64,000 nucleotides of DNA from Pelagibacteraceae bacterium AG-349-O05 (lineage in GTDB: Bacteria > Pseudomonadota > Alphaproteobacteria > Pelagibacterales > Pelagibacteraceae), in the NCBI GenBank assembly GCA_003281005.1, contig QCDE01000005.1, positions 5,829 through 69,828 on the forward strand, given 5' to 3'. The notes beneath the pieces were generated by a model, which saw only the letters and a program-made list of their open reading frames with translations, was not told the DNA's origin and did no database searches. This document shows positions 9,732 to 17,277 of the stretch, in pieces (position 1 is the stretch's first letter; each line of letters begins with the position of its first letter). A program made the position numbers and the translations under genes.

Positions 9732-9759
9732 AGCGTGCATAATACCATTTATGCTAAAA
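9732..9759 (+). other. dif-like tyrosine recombinase site (11-6-11)
   Basis: AGCGTGCATAA-TACCAT-TTATGCTAAAA vs E. coli dif GGTGCGCATAA-TGTATA-TTATGTTAAAT; GCATAA/TTATGC inverted core; located near the gene-orientation switch. Confidence 0.55.
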
Positions 9760-9828
9760 TACGCTTAAATATTGAAAAAACGTTGATTTTACAAGTATTT
9801 TTGACCATAAAATAGGCCAAAAAAGCCA

Positions 9829-10098
9829 CTAAATATCAACTTTTTCAGATCTCAATAAGCGCACCTTTGTCTTAATTCCGCCTCTGCCTGAGTATCCACC
9901 AAGGCCTCCATCGGACCGTATTACTCTATGACATGGTATTTTGGGGGCATAAGGGTTTTTTCCACATGCATTAGCTACAGCACGCGCTGATTTAGGGCTT
10001 TTTATAGCTATTGCAACCTGTTTATAGGTTTTAAGAGTGCCTTTTGGTATAGTTTTAAGGTAATTCCAGACTTTTAATTGAAATTTAGTTCCTTTCAT
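9829..10098 (-). CDS. Minimal methylated-DNA-protein-cysteine methyltransferase (MGMT/Ogt C-terminal domain only)
   Basis: FQLKVW...IPKG..KTY, ARAVANAC..NP, IPCHRVI (active-site Cys), GGYSG; ATG at 10098 overlaps the upstream TGA. Confidence 0.9.
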   Translation of the reverse strand: MKGTKFQLKVWNYLKTIPKGTLKTYKQVAIAIKSPKSARAVANACGKNPYAPKIPCHRVIRSDGGLGGYSGRGGIKTKVRLLRSEKVDI

Positions 10099-10301
10099 CA
10101 ATAAAAATTTAATATAATGAAGCAGATTAAAAAGAAAACAGTTAAAATTGAAAGATAAATAGTTTCCAGTGTTTTTCCAGATTTTCTATAATTAATAAAG
10201 CTTAATATTGCAAAACCTAAAGATGTTATTAAGAAATATATCGGTTCAATTACTCCGTCTATGCCCATATTTAAATAATATTTCATACTTATTGTCCACA
10301 C
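10098..10301 (-). CDS. Small hypothetical membrane protein (2 TM); start may be 10286 or 10268
   Basis: Two hydrophobic segments; TGATG stop/start overlap with the MGMT gene suggests translational coupling. Confidence 0.55.
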   Translation of the reverse strand: MWTISMKYYLNMGIDGVIEPIYFLITSLGFAILSFINYRKSGKTLETIYLSILTVFFLICFIILNFY

Positions 10302-10341
10302 AATGCCATTAATTGTCCTTTAAATTTATAAATTATTTTAT

Positions 10342-10370
10342 TTGACATTATAAAACACTTGATATATTAC
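10342..10370 (+). promoter_or_regulatory. Putative sigma70 promoter of the recombinase
   Basis: Perfect TTGACA at 10342-10347; AT-rich -10-like region at about 10363-10370 overlapping the inverted repeat. Confidence 0.45.
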
Positions 10371-10400
10371 TAACGATAATTAATTGTTATCAATAATAAT
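10366..10400. repeat. Imperfect inverted repeat; candidate cognate site of the adjacent recombinase
   Basis: ATTACTAACGATAA-TTAATTG-TTATCAATAATAAT: 11 of 14 arm positions complementary, GATAA-N7-TTATC core, ends 3 nt before the ATG. Confidence 0.6.
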
Positions 10401-10403
10401 GAT

Positions 10404-11357
10404 ATGAATGAATTAACTACAGACTTAAAAATCCTTCATGAGGCTACATTAGAAAATTTAAGGAGCTCAAAGGCTAATAATACATTAAGAGCTTATAAAT
10501 CTGACTTTAAAGACTTTGGAGCTTTTTGTTCTAAGCATGGATTAAGCTCATTACCAACTGAGCCCAAAATAGTTTCACTATATATGACCCATCTTTCTAA
10601 AAACTCAAAATTTAGCACACTAAGAAGACGTCTTGTGTCAATTAGCATGTTTCATAAATTAAAGGGGCATTATTTAGACACAAAACATCCGATAATTGTT
10701 GAAAATTTAATGGGTATAAGAAGGGTTAAAGGTAGCATTCAAAAAGGTAAAAAACCTATATTAATCAATCATTTAAAATTAATAATTAATTCAATTAATG
10801 ATCAAAATATAAATGAAAATAAGAAACTAAGAGATAAAGCGATAATGCTAATTGGTTTCGGAGGTGGTTTTAGACGAACAGAGCTAGTATCTATTGATTA
10901 TGAAAATTTAGAATTTGTTCCTGAAGGTCTTAAAATTACTATCAGTAAATCAAAAACAGATCAATTTGGTGAAGGAATGATTAAAGCGCTGCCCTATTTC
11001 AGTAATGAAATTTATTGTCCCGTTAAAAACTTACAAAAATGGTTAGAAATTTCTAAAATAAAATCTGGACCTATATTTAGAAGATTTTCAAAAGGTTTAT
11101 TACTAACGGAAAAGAGACTAACTGACCAAACTGTGGTTTTATTAATGAAAGAATATTTAAATTTAGCAGGTATAGAAAATAAAAATTACGCTGGTCACAG
11201 TTTAAGATCAGGTTTTGCAACAGTAGCGGCTGAGTCGGGTGCAGATGAACGAAGTATAATGGCAATGACAGGGCACAAAACAACACAAATGGTTAGAAGA
11301 TATATAAGAGAAGCAAATTTATTTAAAAACAATGCGTTAAGAAAAATTAATATTTAA
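10404..11357 (+). CDS. Cre-like tyrosine recombinase/integrase
   Basis: N-terminal NTLRAYKSDF..F core-binding domain; catalytic R (GGFRRTEL), K (KSKTDQ), HxxR (GHSLRSG), H (TGHK), Y (VRRY); SKTDQ.GEG is typical of Cre-like integrases. Confidence 0.92.
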   Translation: MNELTTDLKILHEATLENLRSSKANNTLRAYKSDFKDFGAFCSKHGLSSLPTEPKIVSLYMTHLSKNSKFSTLRRRLVSISMFHKLKGHYLDTKHPIIVENLMGIRRVKGSIQKGKKPILINHLKLIINSINDQNINENKKLRDKAIMLIGFGGGFRRTELVSIDYENLEFVPEGLKITISKSKTDQFGEGMIKALPYFSNEIYCPVKNLQKWLEISKIKSGPIFRRFSKGLLLTEKRLTDQTVVLLMKEYLNLAGIENKNYAGHSLRSGFATVAAESGADERSIMAMTGHKTTQMVRRYIREANLFKNNALRKINI

Positions 11358-11363
11358 AAATTA

Positions 11364-12965
11364 TTATTTTTTAACAATAAAATCGTTTAAAACTAAAAAA
11401 TCTATATTAAATTTTCTAAAAGTATTTAATGCATCACTGGGTGTTTCGACTATTGGTTCTTGTTTGTTGAATGAAGTGTTGAGCAAAACTGGTATACCAG
11501 TTTTAAAATAAACTGACTCGATCAATTGATATAAAAAAGCATCGTGCTCTTTTTTTATAATCTGTGGTCTTGTAGAATTATCTATATGATTAACAGCATC
11601 TAATTTTTTACGCCAGTTTTGTTTAATATATGCGCTAGTTGTCATATAGGGTGAATTTTGGATATAATCATCAAGAATTTCATCTGCAAACTTATCTAAA
11701 ATAATTGGGGCATAAGGTCTATACCATTCTCTATTCTTGATTTTAAAATTTAAATAATCTCTACCTTTGTTGCTATCTGGAACACACATAATACTTCGAT
11801 GTCCTAGTGCTCTAGGACCACTTTCACTTCTACCTCTAAACATACAAATAACTTTTCTTTCAGATAAATAATCAGAAATTTTATCCACAGAAGATTTCTC
11901 AAAATTTAGTTTTTTTTCAAATTTTAAAATTCTTTTAATAAAAAAATTATTCCTCTTAATAGCCTTTAATGTTTGTGAACTGTTATAATTTGGACCTAGA
12001 TAAGGTGAAAAAAAATTTGTCTTTTTTGTATTATTTAAAATAACATGCCAATGATATAATCCCATACCTACAGCTAGACCAGTGTCATTTGGAAATGGAG
12101 GAATATGCAATTTTTTATAATTAGATTTTACCCTAGAATTTGCAACACAATTTAGGGCAATACCACCCGCGAGACATAAATTATTATTAGGATAGATTTT
12201 ATATATATTATCATAAATTTTTTTAAGTTCTTTCTCGGTTATTGATTGCAACGAAGCAGAAACATCCTTACTTCGTATACTTTTGTCATCAGATAAATCC
12301 TCATCATAATTAAATGCAGAGGCTCTTTTATCAGTATATTTTTTATTTGGTCCTAATTGCATTGTTTTTTTAAGCAAATTTTCAATAATGTTTGATGGCT
12401 TTCCATAAGCAGCTAAAGCCATTATTTTACCAGCGCCCGAACCAGGGTCCCATTTATGTATACGCTTCATTCTAAAATTATTAAGGGTTATACTTGACCA
12501 CCAATCTGCTATATTGGTAACAATTTTAGTTTCAAATACATTTATTTTATTGCCAACTGCTGTTGCAACAGAAAAATTTTCACTATCCCCTCCTCCGTCC
12601 TGAGTTATTATTGTTGCGTCTTGAAATGGAGAAGTAAAATAAGAGGAAGATACGTGACAAAGATGATGATTTAAAGCAAAAGCAGTTTTGTTGTTTATTT
12701 TGAATTCGACGCATTTATCATCATTAGTACTTGGAACTTTCCATGGGGGTTTTCTTTTATAACATTGTTTATTAGTTATAATAAAATCAATTTCTTCAAA
12801 TTTTAAATTACACAATTTTAAACTTTTGTTCAAAAATTTTTGATTAAATCCATAATCGTGTTTAATTCTGGAAAATCTTTCTAATTCCCAATTTAATATA
12901 ATTTCACCATTCTTAATTATACATATTGCAGCATTATGACCATTATATAAAGATAAGGAAATCAT
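11364..12965 (-). CDS. Carbamoyltransferase (NodU/CmcH/TobZ family)
   Basis: ELERFSRIKH, HHLCH, DGGGD, GKIMALAAYG, AGGIALNCVAN, ESGPRALGHRSI, IKNREWYRPYAP, LLNTSFN..EPIVETP. Confidence 0.93.
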   Translation of the reverse strand: MISLSLYNGHNAAICIIKNGEIILNWELERFSRIKHDYGFNQKFLNKSLKLCNLKFEEIDFIITNKQCYKRKPPWKVPSTNDDKCVEFKINNKTAFALNHHLCHVSSSYFTSPFQDATIITQDGGGDSENFSVATAVGNKINVFETKIVTNIADWWSSITLNNFRMKRIHKWDPGSGAGKIMALAAYGKPSNIIENLLKKTMQLGPNKKYTDKRASAFNYDEDLSDDKSIRSKDVSASLQSITEKELKKIYDNIYKIYPNNNLCLAGGIALNCVANSRVKSNYKKLHIPPFPNDTGLAVGMGLYHWHVILNNTKKTNFFSPYLGPNYNSSQTLKAIKRNNFFIKRILKFEKKLNFEKSSVDKISDYLSERKVICMFRGRSESGPRALGHRSIMCVPDSNKGRDYLNFKIKNREWYRPYAPIILDKFADEILDDYIQNSPYMTTSAYIKQNWRKKLDAVNHIDNSTRPQIIKKEHDAFLYQLIESVYFKTGIPVLLNTSFNKQEPIVETPSDALNTFRKFNIDFLVLNDFIVKK

Positions 12966-12995
12966 AAAATAAAATAATTAATTTTAATTTAAACT

Positions 12996-14441
12996 TTAAG
13001 GAAAATTAATGTGTTCAACATTATTATCTAATTTAATTTTATTTTTATCATAATTATAATTAATTAGATCTTTAACTTTTTGATTATTTTTCATAAATAA
13101 ACATGCTGAACAATTATCCTTTGGATCAAAAAATTTTTTCCATTTTTCAGTATAAAGTTTTTCAACCTCATCATTTGTAACAGTCCCCCATTTGGATGGA
13201 TTAAATTTTCTTTCTGCATCACTATTTGAATTTTCTTCCTCTAAAACAGTTACAGAATCGCAAGGATAACAGTATGATTTTTTGTTTGTTTCATGACCTG
13301 TGGTGTCCCAAAAAACATTATAAGTTTGAAGAAAACATTTACCTTCATCCCATAAAATATTAGCTTCATCTTGGGTACCATGAAATTTCAACTGATGAAA
13401 AAACCTATCAATATTTTTACCATCTTGGTCTATAAAATTTAAATTTCTTAATTTTTTTGATAATTCTTTATGTGATTTAAGTTGTTCAGTTCTGCCCAGA
13501 TTACAATCTGTTAAAAATCTCACATAATTTACATCCCACTTCAAAGAAGTGTCTCTCAATCTTTTTAAAAATTCTTCAGATGTCCAAGCACCATAAACAT
13601 AAGAAAGACCAAATGTAACATCTGAGTCTAAAATATTTTCTGGTATTCTTTGTAAATTAAATTTTTGCTCAGGATAGAATGGTGATGCATCTTCAGGAGT
13701 TATAGATAATCGAATCCATTTAAATTTGTTATAAATTTTATCTTCAACTTTTGCTGGGAAACCGTTAGTAATTAACCCTAGATCTATATCTAATTTACTT
13801 AACCATTCTACAAATTCTGAAAAATGAGGCCATAAATTTGGCTGACCCCCACCCGAAAGAATTAAACCTTTTAATCGAATACTTGAGCCATGAATTTTTT
13901 TATACTCGTTATTATATTTTTTGAAATGCTTTTCATTAAAATCTGCTTGATGAAAATACAGTTTTTTCACAAAGTCTTTTGCCTCATCAAGTGATATACT
14001 ATCTTTTTTATTTCTATTGATTGTTGAGCAAAATTGACATCTAGATGAGCAAACTTGATGCAGTGTAAGTGTTGCTCTAATTATGCTTGAATAACCAGTG
14101 TCTTTTAATTTTGAAAAGATTGGCCAATGATGATCTAATTTATGGCCTGTGCTAGTAAAATTAATTTCTTTTTCTTGAAGTTTATGAGTAATATCTCTAG
14201 GTGAAATGGGAACATTGTCATTATTATCTACAACTATAAATCCTTCAGTTATACCTTTTTTTTGAATAGACCTAATTATTTCATTGGAATTATGCTCAGT
14301 AATATTATGTCTTTGTGTTATTCCATTTTTATCTCTTTTTAAAAAAGTACGATGTATAGCAAAATGTTTTGCTTTATTTAAGGATCTTACTCTAATAAAA
14401 AAACCTTTTCGGTCTGTATCTTTAATTATTTCATATTTCAT
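12996..14441 (-). CDS. Radical SAM protein with C-terminal Cys-rich (SPASM/twitch-like) region
   Basis: CSSRCQFC (CxxxCxxC), ILSGGGQP, LITNG; C-terminal C...CYPC...CSAC. Confidence 0.85.
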   Translation of the reverse strand: MKYEIIKDTDRKGFFIRVRSLNKAKHFAIHRTFLKRDKNGITQRHNITEHNSNEIIRSIQKKGITEGFIVVDNNDNVPISPRDITHKLQEKEINFTSTGHKLDHHWPIFSKLKDTGYSSIIRATLTLHQVCSSRCQFCSTINRNKKDSISLDEAKDFVKKLYFHQADFNEKHFKKYNNEYKKIHGSSIRLKGLILSGGGQPNLWPHFSEFVEWLSKLDIDLGLITNGFPAKVEDKIYNKFKWIRLSITPEDASPFYPEQKFNLQRIPENILDSDVTFGLSYVYGAWTSEEFLKRLRDTSLKWDVNYVRFLTDCNLGRTEQLKSHKELSKKLRNLNFIDQDGKNIDRFFHQLKFHGTQDEANILWDEGKCFLQTYNVFWDTTGHETNKKSYCYPCDSVTVLEEENSNSDAERKFNPSKWGTVTNDEVEKLYTEKWKKFFDPKDNCSACLFMKNNQKVKDLINYNYDKNKIKLDNNVEHINFP

Positions 14442-15103
14442 TTAATATATTTCGAATTTAGAATAAAGAATCCATTACCTAATTTATTGTACTTGTACCA
14501 TTTGTCTTTAATACCATCAACTTTGTAATTAATTTCTTTAAGTTGAAATCCATTATCTTCAAATAATTTTGTCCACCATTTTTCATTTTCAATAATTATG
14601 TGCGTTTTATCCATATGGTATTGTTTTATTCTATATTTTGAATTATCTCCAAGTGGTACTATTACAAATAAATTTTTTGAAATTTTTGACAATTGATTGA
14701 TAATAAATTTTAGATCTTTTTTATTAATATGTTCAAAGACATCTTTGGATATTGTCCAATCAAAGTACTTCTTTTTTAAATTTAATTTTTTTAAAGCATT
14801 TTTTAATTTATTATCTTTTATAACAGCTAATCTTCTTTTAATATCTACTGGACAATTATTAATTGCATAATTTGAAATATCAACACCATAAGAATTAACA
14901 CCGAAATCTTTTAGACATTTAACTAAATATCCATTGGCACAACCATATTCTAGAATGTTCGAATTTCTTTCAAGGTTTAGAAAATCATAAAAAGCGTGAG
15001 CCATTGGATATGTTAATTCTGGTATCCATCTGTAGTTCTCATAACAGCTTATACCTTTGGCTATTCCATCTGTAAAATAATCTTTATTGAATAAATTTTT
15101 CAT
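14438..15103 (-). CDS. Class I SAM-dependent methyltransferase
   Basis: ILEYGCANG motif I, GVDIS, DVFEHI. Confidence 0.88.
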   Translation of the reverse strand: MKNLFNKDYFTDGIAKGISCYENYRWIPELTYPMAHAFYDFLNLERNSNILEYGCANGYLVKCLKDFGVNSYGVDISNYAINNCPVDIKRRLAVIKDNKLKNALKKLNLKKKYFDWTISKDVFEHINKKDLKFIINQLSKISKNLFVIVPLGDNSKYRIKQYHMDKTHIIIENEKWWTKLFEDNGFQLKEINYKVDGIKDKWYKYNKLGNGFFILNSKYIK

Positions 15104-15931
15104 CTATTTTAAAAATTGAAAGTATTTATAAGGTATTTTATACCTAAAAGCTCTTTTGATCTTATGTTGAAATCCTTTGCTAATTTCTAAATTTTCTAGA
15201 TTCTCATTCCAATTTAACCATTTTTTTTCATACCAATTTTCATCAGGTTCAGAGTCACCAATAACTTTGGAAAATGTTATAGCCATTAAATGCTTATAAA
15301 ACATAGTATTTTCATTAATTGAAAAACCAAGATTCAAAGTAGTTACAAAAGTTGAGAGTCTTTTTGATCTACAAGATGGTTCACCACCAAAATGAGTATT
15401 TATTTTTTTATTATTTTTAATTTTCCACAAGACTGGACCTACTCTTTTTTTTCTTAAGGGAATTCTATAGGATTTATTTGATTTTAAAGATTTATTAAAT
15501 TTCCAAATTTCAATCTGTCTTGATGAAATATGATTTGTCCAAAATTTTAAGTTCAATTCAAGTTTTAATAAATTAAATTGATTTTTTCCAAAAATCATAT
15601 CAGGTTCGATAAATAATATATATTTTGGTTTAATCTTAAATTTTTTGATAACAATTTCAAAAAGTTTTCCAAACTGATTTTTAGGACTATTACATTCATA
15701 ATTAAAAGAAAAAATTTTTTTGTGCTTCAGTTTATTAATGATAAATTCTTTAACATTTTCAGGATTTTTTGGAAAATTAATGTATTTATTTTTATATTTT
15801 ATTTTATCAACCACTACCCATGGTTTTTCAGAATAAAAAATTACTATCTTATCAACATCATTTATTATTGAATTAATTGACTCCAATAAAAAATCTATAC
15901 CATAATGAATTCTATAAATTGCAATTTTCAT
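15104..15931 (-). CDS. Hypothetical protein, probable GT-A-fold glycosyltransferase
   Basis: N-terminus YRIHYGIDFLLESINSI..VDKIVI resembles GT2 strand/helix 1; YILFIEPDM at the DxD position. Confidence 0.5.
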   Translation of the reverse strand: MKIAIYRIHYGIDFLLESINSIINDVDKIVIFYSEKPWVVVDKIKYKNKYINFPKNPENVKEFIINKLKHKKIFSFNYECNSPKNQFGKLFEIVIKKFKIKPKYILFIEPDMIFGKNQFNLLKLELNLKFWTNHISSRQIEIWKFNKSLKSNKSYRIPLRKKRVGPVLWKIKNNKKINTHFGGEPSCRSKRLSTFVTTLNLGFSINENTMFYKHLMAITFSKVIGDSEPDENWYEKKWLNWNENLENLEISKGFQHKIKRAFRYKIPYKYFQFLK

Positions 15932-16026
15932 TCAAATAAGTTTATAATTTTACTTTTTTAAATTAATAAATTAACTCTTAAACTTTGATTTAAACAGATA
16001 TCTCTATTATCAATAAAATACTAAAA

Positions 16027-17277
16027 ATGAAAAAAAAAAATAAACTTATTCTTATTGAAAGTGAGATGATAGGTCCACGTGGCCATTTTCTAGACAATTT
16101 AATTGAAACAACTAAAAATTTTGAGAAAAAATTAGATGTATATTGGATTGTAAATAAAAGATTTAATAATGAAGGGACTTATTTACCAAAAAATATTAAA
16201 ATTATTAAAACTATAGAAAGTAACTTTTTCAAAAGAAAAATTAATAAAATATTTTACGTTTTTGAAGAAATATTTTTTTTTATAAAAAATTTTTTTTGGA
16301 TAGTTTATTTTTTAATTCTATTTTCAATAAATGGTAACTTTAAATTATTTTTAAAAGCTCTTAGATCAAATTATTTTATTTTACCAAGATATTTTAGTTC
16401 CTTTTATAAACAATACAAAATATTGAAACTTTCACCTAATGATAACGTTTTTTTTCAAACCGCGAGAAGAAAGGATATTGCATTAGTTAATTTTCTTATA
16501 AAAATTGATAAAAATCATCCAAAGTTTCACATAAGAGTTATGCTGCCTCCTAAAATTAAATTTAAAGGTTTTTTTTATTATTTAAATTTATTGAAAAATG
16601 AAATGATAAATAACAAACTATTTATTTATACCTGGAGTACTTATAATTATAATTATTTTTTAAAAAACAGTTTAACTAAAAAAGGTATTTATAAATCAAA
16701 TATTCCCTGGTCTTTTCACAAAAGGAATTCAAAAAATAAAAATCTTGTGATTGGTTTCATGGGTGATGCAAGAAAAGCTAGAGGTTTTCATCAATTACCA
16801 AAGATAATTAAAATTTTAAAAAAAAAAAAATATAATTTTAATTTTATAATACAATTTTCTAAAGTTACCGATGATTTATTAAAAACTAAAAAAGAATTAC
16901 TAGATTTATCAAAAAAAGATAAAAGAATTCATATAATTGAAAAATATTGTGATTATAAAGAATTTAGAAATATTCTTAAAAAAATTGACATAATGCCAAT
17001 TATTCATAGTGCAAAAGAAATTAACAAAATCACATCTGGCACAATGTACTCATGTATATCTAATGAAATAGCTATTGTTATACCGTCTGGTACAAGTTTT
17101 ATGAGTGAAATTATGAAATATAAATCTTATGAAAAAGCAAAAAATATAAATGATTTTGCAAAAAAAATTATTAAAATTTCTAAAAATTACAATTTTTACC
17201 GAAGAAATGTTAAGCAAAATTCTTTAATTTTAAAAAAACTTTTAGAAAAAGATCCTCTTAGAAAATATATTACTTAG
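16027..17277 (+). CDS. Probable GT-B-fold glycosyltransferase
   Basis: N-terminal GPRGHF; C-terminal GFMGDARKARGF, ILKKIDIMP, TSG; glycan-gene context. Confidence 0.6.
   Translation: MKKKNKLILIESEMIGPRGHFLDNLIETTKNFEKKLDVYWIVNKRFNNEGTYLPKNIKIIKTIESNFFKRKINKIFYVFEEIFFFIKNFFWIVYFLILFSINGNFKLFLKALRSNYFILPRYFSSFYKQYKILKLSPNDNVFFQTARRKDIALVNFLIKIDKNHPKFHIRVMLPPKIKFKGFFYYLNLLKNEMINNKLFIYTWSTYNYNYFLKNSLTKKGIYKSNIPWSFHKRNSKNKNLVIGFMGDARKARGFHQLPKIIKILKKKKYNFNFIIQFSKVTDDLLKTKKELLDLSKKDKRIHIIEKYCDYKEFRNILKKIDIMPIIHSAKEINKITSGTMYSCISNEIAIVIPSGTSFMSEIMKYKSYEKAKNINDFAKKIIKISKNYNFYRRNVKQNSLILKKLLEKDPLRKYIT

Noticed and set aside
9776-10364. Three near-IHF sites (WATCAANNNNTT, at about 9776-9788, 9834-9846 and 10352-10364)
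   Set aside because: All miss the final purine, and such matches are common at this AT content; not supportable without footprinting
16007-16016. TTATCAATAA identical to part of the right arm of the recombinase palindrome
   Set aside because: Only a 10-bp AT-rich half-site with different spacing to its partner; likely chance
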